Below, piece by piece: positions 10,197-20,393 of a DNA stretch of 64,000 bases. The notes beneath the pieces are model-generated. The model saw only the letters and a program-made list of their open reading frames with translations, was not told the DNA's origin and searched no databases. The stretch spans positions 5,779 through 69,778 of the forward strand of contig CAYQVD010000003.1 of NCBI GenBank assembly GCA_964421125.1, given 5' to 3'. Positions within the stretch are counted from its first letter, which is position 1. The number at the start of each line of letters is the position of its first letter. Origin of the DNA: an uncultured Bdellovibrionales bacterium. Its GTDB lineage: Bacteria; Patescibacteriota; Minisyncoccia; Moranbacterales; DUUL01. The position numbers were made by a program, and so were the translations under genes.

Positions 10197-10967
10197 ATGA
10201 TTGGAGTATTTGACAGTGGTGTTGGAGGATTAACTGTTGTGAAAGCAATTAAGGAAATTAAACCAAGTTTGCCATTGATATATTTTGGAGACACAGCTCG
10301 AGTTCCTTGGGGAGATAAAAGTCCTGAAACAATTCGAGAATACTCTCATCAGATATGTGATTTTTTGATTTCAAAAAAGGTTGATGAAATCATAATTGCG
10401 TGTAATACTGCATCTTCTGTGGCGGGTAATTACTTGCGAGAAAAATTTCCCGATATTAAAATCATTGATGTTGTTAGTCCAACGATTAGTGCGATTGAAA
10501 AAAATAAAAATGTGAACAAGGTAGCCGTAATTGGAACCAAGGCTGTTATTGCGAGTCAGTTTTATGACAAGAAAATCAAAGAAGCTTTTAGTGATATTGA
10601 AGTTAAATCAAAAGCTTGTCCATTGTTTGTCTCCATTGTTGAAGAAGGCTGGCATGAAGAATCTTTTGCTGAGGAAGTTGCAGAAAAATATCTTAAAGAT
10701 ATTCGTGATTGGAAACCTGATGTTTTAGTTTTGGGTTGCACTCATTATCCATTGTTAAAAAAAACAATCAAAAAAGTGATAGGAGGAAATGTGAAAGTGA
10801 TAGATTCTGCTTCTCCTGTGGCTGATTATATTAAAAATGATAATATTATTAGATTAGACGATTCGGTGATTGATCAGTTTTATTTTTCAGACTTATCGCC
10901 TCATTATCAAAATTTAATTGAAGTTATATTAGGAAGTTCTATTGATTCCAAGCAACTTAATTTATAG
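10197..10967 (+). CDS. murI: Glutamate racemase
   Basis: IGVFDSGVGGLTV, IACNTAS, LGCTHYP. Confidence 0.96.
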   Translation: MIGVFDSGVGGLTVVKAIKEIKPSLPLIYFGDTARVPWGDKSPETIREYSHQICDFLISKKVDEIIIACNTASSVAGNYLREKFPDIKIIDVVSPTISAIEKNKNVNKVAVIGTKAVIASQFYDKKIKEAFSDIEVKSKACPLFVSIVEEGWHEESFAEEVAEKYLKDIRDWKPDVLVLGCTHYPLLKKTIKKVIGGNVKVIDSASPVADYIKNDNIIRLDDSVIDQFYFSDLSPHYQNLIEVILGSSIDSKQLNL

Positions 10968-11005
10968 AACAGCTAAGACAATAAGAAGCATAAAAAATAT
11001 TTGTG

Positions 11006-12412
11006 ATGAAAATTTCTGAATTAAAGAATAAGAAAGTGACGGTGATGGGGATTGGATTGCATGGTGGTTCGGTTCAATTGATTAAATGGCTTCTTGAAAA
11101 AGGGGCAATTGTTACTGCAACTGATATTAAAAATAAAGAAAAGTTGAAAACTTCAATTGATGAAATTGGTGATCACAAAAACTTGAAAATTGTAGCTGAT
11201 CAACATCGACCAGAAGATTTTCAAAAAGCAGAACTGGTGATTAAGAACCCAACCGTTCCTTGGAAAAACAAGTATATTCAAATGGCAGTTAAAAAAAATA
11301 TTCCAATTGAAATGGATTCGTCTTTGTTTTTTCAATTTTGTCAGAGCGATAAGATTATTGGAATAACTGGGACAAAAGGGAAGACTACAGTTTCTTCTTT
11401 AATGGTGGATATTTTAAAAAATGCAGGGGAAAAAGTTGTGAGCGTTGGAGTTGGAAAAGAGCCTGTGATGAGTAAGTTGAAAAAAATTGACGAGAATACT
11501 TATGTGGTTTTTGAACTGTCTTCTTGGAGGCTTTCGGGAATTGATCAAATTAAAAAGAGTCCAAAGGTTGCTGTTGTTACAAATATTTATCCAGATCATT
11601 TGAATCATTATTCTTCAATGGAAAAGTATATTGAAGATAAAAAGGCAATTTTTAAACATCAGAAAGAAGAAGATAGTTTGATATTAAATTGGGACAATGA
11701 GATAACCAGAGAGTTTGCCGAAGAAGCTATTTCTCAAAAAATATTCTTTTCAATAAATAAAGCAGATGAACCGATAAGTGTTTTTATTAATGAAGGAGAG
11801 ATTGTTTATCGAAATGATGATGGTGAGGAGAAAATAATTTTAGATATTAAAAAAATAAGATTAAGAGGGGCACATAATATTTCCAATGCTTTAACCGCGA
11901 TTACCGTAGGAATTTCTTTGGGAATTGATATTGCAGTAATTAAGTCAGTTGTTGAAAAATTTCCAGGAGTGAAACATCGCTTGGAATATGTTGGAAAAAT
12001 AAATGAAAAATTTTTCTATAACGATACTACTGCTACTACTCCTGATTCAGCGATCGCTGGAGTAAATTCTTTTTGGAAACCAATTATTTTGATTTGTGGT
12101 GGAGCTGAAAAGAAACTTGACCTAAGTGAATTTGCAAAGAAAATTGCTACTGCTAAGAGTGTCAAAAAAATTATTTTATTAAAAGGTGAGGCAACTGAAA
12201 AGTTGAAAAGTATGATTGAAGAAAACGGTGGAATTGAAAAGATTGTTGATGTTTATGATAATATTGAAGAGGCAGTTCAAAAATCAGATGAAGTTTCTGA
12301 AAAAGGCGAAGTCGTTTTGCTTTCACCGGGATGCGCAAGTTTCGGAATGTTTGAAAATGAATTTGATCGGGGAAGGAAATTTAAAAGAGCAGTGGAAGTG
12401 TTACGTAACTAG
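11006..12412 (+). CDS. murD: UDP-N-acetylmuramoyl-L-alanine--D-glutamate ligase
   Basis: GITGTKGKTT, ELSS, HRLE, VLLSPGCASF...RG. Confidence 0.93.
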   Translation: MKISELKNKKVTVMGIGLHGGSVQLIKWLLEKGAIVTATDIKNKEKLKTSIDEIGDHKNLKIVADQHRPEDFQKAELVIKNPTVPWKNKYIQMAVKKNIPIEMDSSLFFQFCQSDKIIGITGTKGKTTVSSLMVDILKNAGEKVVSVGVGKEPVMSKLKKIDENTYVVFELSSWRLSGIDQIKKSPKVAVVTNIYPDHLNHYSSMEKYIEDKKAIFKHQKEEDSLILNWDNEITREFAEEAISQKIFFSINKADEPISVFINEGEIVYRNDDGEEKIILDIKKIRLRGAHNISNALTAITVGISLGIDIAVIKSVVEKFPGVKHRLEYVGKINEKFFYNDTTATTPDSAIAGVNSFWKPIILICGGAEKKLDLSEFAKKIATAKSVKKIILLKGEATEKLKSMIEENGGIEKIVDVYDNIEEAVQKSDEVSEKGEVVLLSPGCASFGMFENEFDRGRKFKRAVEVLRN

Positions 12413-12490
12413 TTACTTAACACTTTTTGCATTGAAAATGGCGGGAATATAGTAGTATATTTTTTTGAAGCATCATCAGGAGAAAAGGTG

Positions 12491-12572
12491 TCTTGGAATG
12501 TAATTAATATATCTTCTCGCAACGCCATCGGAATGGCGAAATCCTCGAAGATACATTAATTACATTCCAAGA
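12491..12572 (+). repeat. Palindromic element, CTTCTCGC...CCAT-CGGA-ATGG...CTCGAAGA family
   Basis: ~26-bp arms TCTTGGAATGTAATTAAT.. / ..ATTAATTACATTCCAAGA around the shared core. Confidence 0.88.
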
Positions 12573-12648
12573 TGAAAGAAGTTTTGAGACACTCAAAATT
12601 ATATCAGCTATATTTTTAAAAGTGTGAGATTATAAATAAGTTTAAAAA

Positions 12649-13218
12649 ATGGAAAAATATAATAATAAAAAAGTTATTGCAGTGGTTGGGATGGCTGGTG
12701 CTGGGAAGTCAGAAGTAACGAATTATCTTTTGGAGAAACTTTCTTGTCCGAAAGTATATTTTGGTGATGTGACATTTAATCGAATGAAAGAGGATGGGCT
12801 TGAATTGAATTATGATAATGAACGGGTGACTAGGGAGAAAATTAGAGTAGAGCATGGAATGGGGGCTTATGCAAAATTTTCTCTTCCAAAAGTTATTAAA
12901 CTTTTAGGGGATAATGATGTTGTAGTTATTGAGAGTCTTTACAGCTGGGATGAATATAAAATTATTAAAGAAGAATTTGGAGGTAGCTTTATGGTAGTGG
13001 CAGCACATGCTTCACCAGAGGCAAGATCATTAAGACTTAAGAATAGAGAGCATCGTCCGGTTAAAACTAGAGAGGATTTGTATCAACGTGATAAGACTGA
13101 ACTAGAAGGCACAGACAAGGGAGGGACAATTGCTATGGCTGATTTTATGTTAATTAATGAAGGCACACTTGAAGAGCTTCACGAAAAAATTGATAAAAAT
13201 GTTTTGAATAAGATTTAA
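12649..13218 (+). CDS. P-loop NMP-kinase-fold protein (archaeal-type dephospho-CoA kinase-like)
   Basis: GMAGAGKS Walker A; IAMADFMLINEG near C-terminus. Confidence 0.75.
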   Translation: MEKYNNKKVIAVVGMAGAGKSEVTNYLLEKLSCPKVYFGDVTFNRMKEDGLELNYDNERVTREKIRVEHGMGAYAKFSLPKVIKLLGDNDVVVIESLYSWDEYKIIKEEFGGSFMVVAAHASPEARSLRLKNREHRPVKTREDLYQRDKTELEGTDKGGTIAMADFMLINEGTLEELHEKIDKNVLNKI

Positions 13219-13222
13219 CTTT

Positions 13223-13718
13223 ATGGAATTATTAAGAGAGATAGATGACAATGAAAACGGAGAAATAGAAAAAGAGAGGACAGCAGCGAGGGGTGTGTTT
13301 TTTGATGATAAAGATAATATTCCAGTTTTGTTTGTTTCAAAATATAATTACCACAAGCTTCCGGGGGGGGGGCGCTAAGGATGGCGAAGATTTAAAAGAG
13401 ACACTTGATAGAGAAGTTTTTGAAGAAACCGGATGTGGAATTGAGGTGATCGGAGAAGTTGGTAAAATTATTGAGTATCGAAGAAGGTGGAACATGAAAC
13501 AAGATTCCTTTTGTTATTATGGAAAAATAATACAAAAAGGAGATACCTCATTTACAGAAAAAGAGACTGAACAAGGATTCATTTTGAAATGGATGACTTT
13601 AACTGATGCGTTAAGAGTTATCGAGAAGGATAAGCCGAAAAATTATGAAGGAAAATTGATACAGAAAAGAGATTTGATTTTTTTAAAAAAGACTAAAGAT
13701 ATCTTGACGAATAATTAA
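13223..13718 (+). pseudogene. NUDIX hydrolase frameshifted at a G10 tract
   Basis: ATG 13223 reads MELLRE...YHKLPGGGR-stop; deleting one G from 13363-13372 gives PGGGAKDGEDLKETLDREVFEETG, a full Nudix box, in frame to 13718. Confidence 0.85.
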
Positions 13719-13747
13719 TTGTCTCAAAAACTATCAATTGGTTGCAT

Positions 13748-13776
13748 TTGACTTTTGGCTTTAAATGAAGTATAAT
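13748..13776 (+). promoter_or_regulatory. Sigma70-type promoter for lepB-hisS
   Basis: TTGACT-N17-TATAAT. Confidence 0.7.
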
Positions 13777-13840
13777 TAGCTTGAAATTAAGTAAAAAAGC
13801 CTTGTTTCAGGCTTTTATTGTGTCGTTTGTAAGAATAATA

Positions 13841-14491
13841 ATGACTGAAGAAGAAAAAGAAGAGAAAATTGAAGAAAAGGCAGTTCCAGAAGAGAAAGGT
13901 GAGACAAAAGTCTCATATATTTTTGAGTTAATCAAAATCATAATTTGGTCATTAGTTATTATTATTCCTATTAGAGCGTTTCTTTTTCAACCTTTTTTTG
14001 TAAAAGGAATTTCAATGGAAACGAATTTTTATGATGGGAATTATTTAATTGTAAATGAATTAGGATTCAAGGAAACAGAGTTTTCTATTGCTGGTAAAGA
14101 GTTGTTTACTGTAGAAAATTTTAGAGATTTTAATCGAGGAGATGTTGTTGTTTTTCATTATCCTAATAATCCTAAAGATTTTTTCATTAAAAGAATTATT
14201 GGATTACCAGAGGAAAAGATTGTAATTAAGAGTAATCGAGTAATGGTTTATAATAATGAATATCCAGAAGGATTTGTTTTAGATGAATCAGAATATTTGC
14301 CTGGAAATTCTCAGTTAACAAGTTGTAGTGGAAAATGTACCTACGAGTTAGGAGAAGAAGAATATTTTGTTCTTGGGGATAATAGAAATCATAGTAGTGA
14401 TTCTAGAAGCTGGGGAAAGCTTGAGCAAGGCTTTGTTGTTGGAAAAGTTCTTTTTAGAGCTTGGCCTGTTGGAGATATTAAGATTTTTTAA
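13841..14491 (+). CDS. lepB: Signal peptidase I
   Basis: QPFFVKGISM (Ser), FIKRIIGLP (Lys), YFVLGDNRNHSSDSR; ATG 13841 preferred to TTG 13781. Confidence 0.94.
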   Translation: MTEEEKEEKIEEKAVPEEKGETKVSYIFELIKIIIWSLVIIIPIRAFLFQPFFVKGISMETNFYDGNYLIVNELGFKETEFSIAGKELFTVENFRDFNRGDVVVFHYPNNPKDFFIKRIIGLPEEKIVIKSNRVMVYNNEYPEGFVLDESEYLPGNSQLTSCSGKCTYELGEEEYFVLGDNRNHSSDSRSWGKLEQGFVVGKVLFRAWPVGDIKIF

Positions 14492-14509
14492 ATATTTAGT
14501 TTAATAAAG

Positions 14510-15868
14510 ATGTCACGTATAAGAAAGATTAAATCAAAAAAGTTAGAAGTTGCAAAAACTGCGATAAAAAGAACAAAAAAATTGAAACCAAAACAGTTTC
14601 AAACTGTTCGAGGAATGCGAGATATTCTTCCCGATGTGCAACCTTATTGGCAAAAAGTAAGAAAAGCATTTGAAAAAATTTCAAATGATTATAGTTATCA
14701 ACGAATTGATCTTCCGTTAGTTGAATTTCGAGAGCTTTATGAACGAGGAACTGGAAAGAATACTGACATTGTTGAAAAAGAGATGTTTAAATTTAGAACT
14801 CAAGGTAATGATGATGTTGCTTTGCGACCTGAAGGTACCCCTGGTGTTGTGAGAGCTTATTTGCAAAATGGAATGCAGTCTTGGTCAAAACCAGTAAAGC
14901 TTTCCTATATGGGGCCAATGTATCGATATGATCGTCCACAAGAAGGTCGATATCGAGAGTTTTATCAATTTGGTTTTGAAGCAATTGGTGAAAAAGATGC
15001 AATCTTGGATGCACAAGTAATTCAGATGGCTCTTCGAGTCTTTAAGCTTATTGGATTTAAAAAGCTTTCATTACAAATTAATAGTATCGGATGTAGTGAA
15101 TGTCGACCAAGTTATAATTCTTTATTAGTGAGTTATTTAAATAATCGGAAGAAATCTTTATGTATGGATTGTAAGAAGAGACTGAAAAAAAATCCTTTAA
15201 GAGTTTTGGATTGTAAAGAAGAGAAATGCACACAAGTTGTTTCACAGGCTCCTCAAGCAATCGATCATCTTTGCAAGGAATGCAAGGATCATTTTACTTT
15301 CTTACTTGAGTGTTTGGATGAATTGGATGTTCCCTATGAGATTAATTCAAAGCTTGTAAGAGGTTTGGATTATTATACTAAAACAGTATTTGAAATTTGG
15401 TCCACAAATGACGAAAAAGGTGCAAAAATGGCACTTGGTGGTGGTGGTCGATATGACGAGCTTGTCGAATCATTAGGAGGGAAGAAAACTCCAGGTGTTG
15501 GATTTGCGGCAGGAGTTGACCGAGTGACTGAGAAGATGAAGGAGATTGGCGTGAAAGCTTTTTATCCAGCCCCTCCAAGAGTGTATTTAGCACAGCTTGG
15601 TGATATGGGGAAGAAGAAGAGCTTGAAAATATTTGAAGAATTGGAAAAAGCAGGGATTGGTGTGGCAGAAAGTTTTGGACGAGGAAATCTTCGTTCTCAA
15701 CTCAATCAAGCTAATCAACTTGATATGGATTTGGTTTTGATTATTGGTCAAAGAGAGGCACTTGATGAAACTGTGATTATTAAAGATATGAAATGTGGTA
15801 GTCAAGAAGTAGTTGCATTTAATAAGGTTGTTAATCAGGTAAAAAAGAGATTAAAGAATAATCAATAA
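14510..15868 (+). CDS. hisS: Histidine--tRNA ligase
   Basis: RGMRDILP, LRPEGT, RYDRPQEGRYREF, LVRGLDYY, GGGRYD. Confidence 0.97.
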   Translation: MSRIRKIKSKKLEVAKTAIKRTKKLKPKQFQTVRGMRDILPDVQPYWQKVRKAFEKISNDYSYQRIDLPLVEFRELYERGTGKNTDIVEKEMFKFRTQGNDDVALRPEGTPGVVRAYLQNGMQSWSKPVKLSYMGPMYRYDRPQEGRYREFYQFGFEAIGEKDAILDAQVIQMALRVFKLIGFKKLSLQINSIGCSECRPSYNSLLVSYLNNRKKSLCMDCKKRLKKNPLRVLDCKEEKCTQVVSQAPQAIDHLCKECKDHFTFLLECLDELDVPYEINSKLVRGLDYYTKTVFEIWSTNDEKGAKMALGGGGRYDELVESLGGKKTPGVGFAAGVDRVTEKMKEIGVKAFYPAPPRVYLAQLGDMGKKKSLKIFEELEKAGIGVAESFGRGNLRSQLNQANQLDMDLVLIIGQREALDETVIIKDMKCGSQEVVAFNKVVNQVKKRLKNNQ

Positions 15869-15899
15869 TCAATAAATTATCTGTTGATTGTTCAGTTCG

Positions 15900-16057
15900 A
15901 ATCCTTCTGGTAACATAAATTTTGAAAAAAATAAACTCGAGTATGAATTTTGTTGCTGAAAATCTCACCCATATTCAACACCACCTTGGTCGATTTTCAG
16001 ACAAAATTCAAACTCTCAAACATAATTTTTTGTCAAAATTTATGTTACCAGAAGATT
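15900..16057 (+). repeat. ~158-nt imperfect palindromic element
   Basis: CTTCTGGTAACATAAATTTTGA / TCAAAATTTATGTTACCAGAAG arms; inner helices TGAATTTTGT/ACAAAATTCA and CTGAAAATC/GATTTTCAG. Confidence 0.85.
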
Positions 16058-16083
16058 AGCTAAGTATTTTTTAAATGGTTTTT

Positions 16084-16440
16084 ATGAAAGATTGTATTTT
16101 TTGTAAAATTGCTAGAAAAGAAGCTCCGGCTACATACCATTATGAAGATGATGAAATTGTGGCTTTTGATGCAATTCCAAAAATTGCACCAATTCATATT
16201 CTCATTATTCCAAAAGAACATATTGAAAGCGTTAATGAATTGACAGAAGATAAAAAAGGTGAAAAAATAGCTGGAAGATTGATTTTAGTGGCTAAGAAAA
16301 TAGCTAGAGAAAAAGGGATTAATGAGGATGGCTATAAATTGCTTATCAGAACAGGAGAGCATGGTGGTCAGGAAGTTCCTCATCTTCATTTGCATCTTTT
16401 GGGAGGAGCAAGATTATCTGAAGGAATTAAGCCGATTTAA
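16084..16440 (+). CDS. HIT family nucleotide-binding protein (HinT-like)
   Basis: DCIFCKI; GQEVPHLHLHLLGG. Confidence 0.94.
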   Translation: MKDCIFCKIARKEAPATYHYEDDEIVAFDAIPKIAPIHILIIPKEHIESVNELTEDKKGEKIAGRLILVAKKIAREKGINEDGYKLLIRTGEHGGQEVPHLHLHLLGGARLSEGIKPI

Positions 16441-16470
16441 AGTAATTAATGAGTTTATATAAAATAACTG

Positions 16471-16528
16471 GCCCTGTTGAATAATTTGATTCGCAAATTA
16501 AAAATCGAAAATTTTTATTTCACAGGGT
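16471..16528 (+). repeat. Three-way-junction repeat upstream of rpsU
   Basis: CCCTGTTGAATAATTTG-ATTCG-CAAATTAAAAATCGAAAATTTTTATTTCACAGGG; paralogue at 62044-62099. Confidence 0.85.
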
Positions 16529-16558
16529 AAATTAAACTATGAGAAAGGAGGAGCTATT

Positions 16559-16822
16559 ATGGTAGAAGTAGAAAAAAAGGATAAAGAAACATCCGAAAGT
16601 CTTATTCGAAGATTTTCTCGAAGAATGCAACAAAGCCGTGTTCTTATGACCGCTCGTAAGGGTCGATTTTTGGCTAAAAAAAAGACCAAGAGAGTTCTTA
16701 GGGATGATGCTCTTTATCGAAAAAATATGAAAAAAGAAGTTGATAAGCTCAAGAAAATGGGCAAATTCGATGAAGATAATTTTAAAGATATTAAGAAAAG
16801 AATTCTTAATAAGAATAAATAA
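16559..16822 (+). CDS. rpsU: 30S ribosomal protein S21-like, C-terminally extended
   Basis: ETSESLIRRFSR; precedes yqeY, the conserved order; SD AGGAGG. Confidence 0.8.
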   Translation: MVEVEKKDKETSESLIRRFSRRMQQSRVLMTARKGRFLAKKKTKRVLRDDALYRKNMKKEVDKLKKMGKFDEDNFKDIKKRILNKNK

Positions 16823-16840
16823 TTTTTAAATAAAATTTAA

Positions 16841-17293
16841 ATGAGCCTAAAAGAAACTATTATTGTTGATTTCAAGCAGGCTTTTAAAGACAAGGACTTG
16901 GAAAAAAAGTCTGTTTTGTCTATGATTCGGTCTGAAATAAAGAATCGTGAAATTGATCTTAAAATAGGAGAGGAGGATTTGGGTGATGATGACGTGATGG
17001 CTTTAATTAAAACAGCCTTGAAGCAAAGAAAAGACTCTGCTAATCAATTTAAAGAAGGAGGAAGAGATGATTTAGTAGAAAAAGAGCTCGCTGAAGCTGT
17101 TATTTTAGAAGCATATTTACCAGAGCAAATGTCTGATGAAGAAATAAAAGCAGAAGTGAAGAAGATTATCGAAGAAATAGGTACTAGTGATAAGTCAGAA
17201 ATGGGAAAAGTTATGGGAATTGCAATGGGAAAATTAAACGGAAAAGCTGATGGAGGAAAGGTGAAAGAAGCTGTTGAAAAAATGCTTTCATAG
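16841..17293 (+). CDS. yqeY: GatB/YqeY domain protein
   Basis: KQRKDSANQFKEGGRDDL, YLPEQMS, MGKVMG, GKADG. Confidence 0.93.
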   Translation: MSLKETIIVDFKQAFKDKDLEKKSVLSMIRSEIKNREIDLKIGEEDLGDDDVMALIKTALKQRKDSANQFKEGGRDDLVEKELAEAVILEAYLPEQMSDEEIKAEVKKIIEEIGTSDKSEMGKVMGIAMGKLNGKADGGKVKEAVEKMLS

Positions 17294-17344
17294 GGGTCGG
17301 AATCTAGAATTTAGGATAGGAATAATAAGATAATTTAGAGAAAT

Positions 17345-17797
17345 TTGAAGATTGAATTTAATAATCTTGCTGGGTTTGAGCCGACTGATGACATTGAGTC
17401 AACGGTTTGTTCTGTTCTTGAAGATATTCAATTAGGGCTTGTTAAAGAGGGGGTTATTTCAAAAAAACTCGAATATGAAATAAGTGTTGCTTTAGTTGAT
17501 AGGGATGAGATTAAAAAATTGAATTTTGAATATCGAAAAAATGATGAATCAACAGATGTTCTTTCTTTTGGATATGAAAGAAGTGATGAAGATATTCAGG
17601 GTGAACTCATTCTTTGTCCAGAGATTATTTGGGAAAATGCCATTGAAGATGGAATTGATCCGATGGAAGAGTTATTGAAAAATTTAATTCATGGGATTCT
17701 TCATGTTTCTGGGTATGAACATGGAGATGAAATGTTTGGAATTCAGGATTTGGTCTTGAGTAGTCTTTTACCTGTTTATGGTAATAGTATGAAATAA
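17345..17797 (+). CDS. ybeY: rRNA maturation endoribonuclease YbeY
   Basis: LNFEYR...TDVLSF; HGILHVSGYEH. Confidence 0.92.
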   Translation: MKIEFNNLAGFEPTDDIESTVCSVLEDIQLGLVKEGVISKKLEYEISVALVDRDEIKKLNFEYRKNDESTDVLSFGYERSDEDIQGELILCPEIIWENAIEDGIDPMEELLKNLIHGILHVSGYEHGDEMFGIQDLVLSSLLPVYGNSMK

Positions 17798-17824
17798 TTG
17801 AGGAGGTTTTAATTTTAAAAAATA

Positions 17825-18847
17825 ATGTCAAAATTTAGTGGGTTATTTTTAAATAAGATAGGAATTGATTTGGGTACGGCGAATACTTTGGTTTTTGTTC
17901 CTGGAAAAGGAATTGTAGTAAATGAGCCTTCAGTGGTGGCAGTTTCAATAGAAGAAAATACAGTTTTAGCAGTTGGGAGTGAAGCAAAGAATATGGTTGG
18001 AAGAACTCCTGAGTCAATTATTGCTTATCGTCCTCTTAAGGATGGTGTGATTGCTGATTACAAGGTTACGGAGGCGATGATTAGATATTTTGTAAACAAG
18101 GTGAGTCCAAAGATTAGATTTGTACGACCAGAAATTTTGGTTTCAACTCCTGCCGGAGTGACTTCAACTGAAAGACGAGCAGTCGTGGAAGCAACGTTAC
18201 GAGCTGGGGCAAAAAATGCTTATGTAGTAAAGGAACCAGTATTAGCAGCAATTGGAGCAGGAATTCCAATTAATAGTGCTTCTGGGAATATGATTATTGA
18301 TATTGGTGGTGGAACTTCTGAGGTAGCAATTATCTCTCTTGGAGGGGTGGTGGCGGCACACAGTGCTAGAGTTGGAGGAAATAAGATTGATAATGCAATT
18401 GCTCAGTATATCAAAAAGAAACATGGACTTGCAATTGGAGAAAGAACTGCAGAAGAAATTAAAATAGCCGTTGGAAGTGCAATTCCTCAGGTGAAAGAAA
18501 AATATGTTGAAGTTCGAGGACGAGATATGATGGGTGGATTACCAAAAAATATCAGAGTTTCTTCAAACGAAATAACAGAAGCAATTCAAGATGAATTGAG
18601 AGAAGTTATTAATGCGGTTAAAAAAGTTCTTCAAGAAACTCCACCGGAGCTGGCAGCTGATGTGATGGACAAAGGAATGGTACTTTCTGGAGGAGGAGCA
18701 TTGCTCAAAAATCTAGATCAACTAATTACTCGAATAACTGGTGTTCCTTGTTATACAGCAGAGGATCCACTTCTTTGTGTGGCAAAAGGAACGGGAGTAG
18801 CACTTGAGAATTTGGATATTTATAAGAAAACTATTTTAATGAAATAG
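17825..18847 (+). CDS. mreB: Rod shape-determining protein MreB
   Basis: GIDLGTANT, RPLKDGVIAD, IDIGGGTSE, SGGGALL. Confidence 0.96.
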   Translation: MSKFSGLFLNKIGIDLGTANTLVFVPGKGIVVNEPSVVAVSIEENTVLAVGSEAKNMVGRTPESIIAYRPLKDGVIADYKVTEAMIRYFVNKVSPKIRFVRPEILVSTPAGVTSTERRAVVEATLRAGAKNAYVVKEPVLAAIGAGIPINSASGNMIIDIGGGTSEVAIISLGGVVAAHSARVGGNKIDNAIAQYIKKKHGLAIGERTAEEIKIAVGSAIPQVKEKYVEVRGRDMMGGLPKNIRVSSNEITEAIQDELREVINAVKKVLQETPPELAADVMDKGMVLSGGGALLKNLDQLITRITGVPCYTAEDPLLCVAKGTGVALENLDIYKKTILMK

Positions 18848-19138
18848 GGATTAGAAACTGGAAGTTAGAGTTTGGAATATTGAATGTGAATAATAGAATT
18901 TAGAATAATTTTGGTTTATCAGTTTTTAGATAAGATACAATATATTTATTTTTGGAACGTAATGGTTTCGAAAAGAATGACATAACCAAAATTTCAAATA
19001 TTTCTTTAGCCTCTTGGTTATTTGAAAGCAAGGATAAATTCAGTGAAAAAAAATAAATATATTGTATCTTATTCTTAATAATAAAAATAAAAAAGTAATA
19101 GTTTTGAATTTTGAACTTTATTTTAAGCAAAAATTTAT

Positions 19139-20296
19139 ATGAAAATTGGAATTGATGGATCGAGGGCTTACTTGGGGAATAAAACTGGAATAGAGGATTA
19201 TGCCTATCAAACTATTGGTCATCTTACGAAACACTTGAAAGGAGAACAAGTGATTCTTTATGTTAAAAAAGGACAAAAAGAAACAGCCTTTAATGATGAG
19301 AAATTTTCTTTTCCGGATAATTGGGAGATTAAAGAAATTCCGTTTAAATATCTTTGGACTCAATTTGGACTGGCACTTGAAATGTTTTTGAGACCTATTG
19401 ATATGCTTTTTGTTCCTGCTCATACGGTTCCATTTATTCATCCAAAAAATACAGTCGTAACAATTCACGGGCTTGAATATGAGCATTGCCCAGAGAGTTA
19501 TTCCTTTTGGGGTGGGAAGTTTCATCAATTTTTTGTTCGTAAAAGTTGCAAGTGGGCATCAAAAATTATTGCAGTTTCAAAAAATACTAAAAAAGATTTA
19601 ATAAAACTTTATAAAATAGAAAAAGAAAAAATAACAGTTGTTTATAATGGATTTGAAAGCAAGAATTTAAAGCCTGTGATTGAAGGAGAGGAGAAAAAAG
19701 ATTTTAATTGGGCTGATGTGAAAGATTTTCCAGCTAGTGAGAAAAAAACAAATTCTAAGATTGATAACTTTCTTTTGTTTGTGGGAAGATTGGAGCAAAG
19801 AAAGAATGTTTTAGGAATGATTGAATCTTTTGAAATATTAAAAAGAAATTATAGTTATAAAGGAAAGTTAGTTTTAGCAGGAAAATATGGACATGGAAGT
19901 AGGATGATTCGAAATAGGATTGCTAGAAGTGAATTTCAAAGAGATATTGTTTGTTTGGGATATATTCGTGATGAACAAAAATGGGAACTATTCCACAATG
20001 CTAGTATTTTTCTCTTTCCTTCACTGTGCGAAGGTTTTGGAATTCCGATCCTTGAGGCTCAAAGTTGTGGACTCCCAGTAATTACCAGCAATTATGGCCC
20101 AATGGACGAGGTTGCAGGAGATAAGAATACTTTGGTTAATCCATTGAATTTTGAAGAAATGGCGAAGAAGATTAATGAAATATTAAAAGATGAAACTTTT
20201 CGAAAAAATATTATTGAAAAAGGAAGCAAAAATGTTAAAAGATTTTCATGGGAAAAGAGCGGGGAAGAAGTTGCAAAAGTGATTCGTAAGAAATAG
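19139..20296 (+). CDS. Glycosyltransferase family 4 (GT-B)
   Basis: FVGRLEQRKN; FPSLCEGFGIPILEA. Confidence 0.92.
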   Translation: MKIGIDGSRAYLGNKTGIEDYAYQTIGHLTKHLKGEQVILYVKKGQKETAFNDEKFSFPDNWEIKEIPFKYLWTQFGLALEMFLRPIDMLFVPAHTVPFIHPKNTVVTIHGLEYEHCPESYSFWGGKFHQFFVRKSCKWASKIIAVSKNTKKDLIKLYKIEKEKITVVYNGFESKNLKPVIEGEEKKDFNWADVKDFPASEKKTNSKIDNFLLFVGRLEQRKNVLGMIESFEILKRNYSYKGKLVLAGKYGHGSRMIRNRIARSEFQRDIVCLGYIRDEQKWELFHNASIFLFPSLCEGFGIPILEAQSCGLPVITSNYGPMDEVAGDKNTLVNPLNFEEMAKKINEILKDETFRKNIIEKGSKNVKRFSWEKSGEEVAKVIRKK

Positions 20297-20322
20297 GTAA
20301 TTTGTGAATTTGTAATTTGGAT

Positions 20323-20366
20323 AAAAAAACAAGCCAATCACGGTGTTCTGTGATGGCTTGTTTTTT
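20323..20366. terminator. Bidirectional intrinsic terminator
   Basis: AAAAAACAAGCCA-TCAC..GTGA-TGGCTTGTTTTTT between convergent genes. Confidence 0.8.
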
Positions 20367-20393
20367 GGTTTGGTGGTAATTCAAAAAAATGAT

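Noticed and set aside
14510-14600. Basic N-terminal extension on HisRS
   Set aside because: It is present in the sequence but low in complexity, with no evidence for a distinct function.
18850-19138. 290-bp spacer after mreB with a 76-aa minus-strand ORF
   Set aside because: Low-complexity AT-rich sequence with no convincing start signal or structure; mreC/mreD not detectable.
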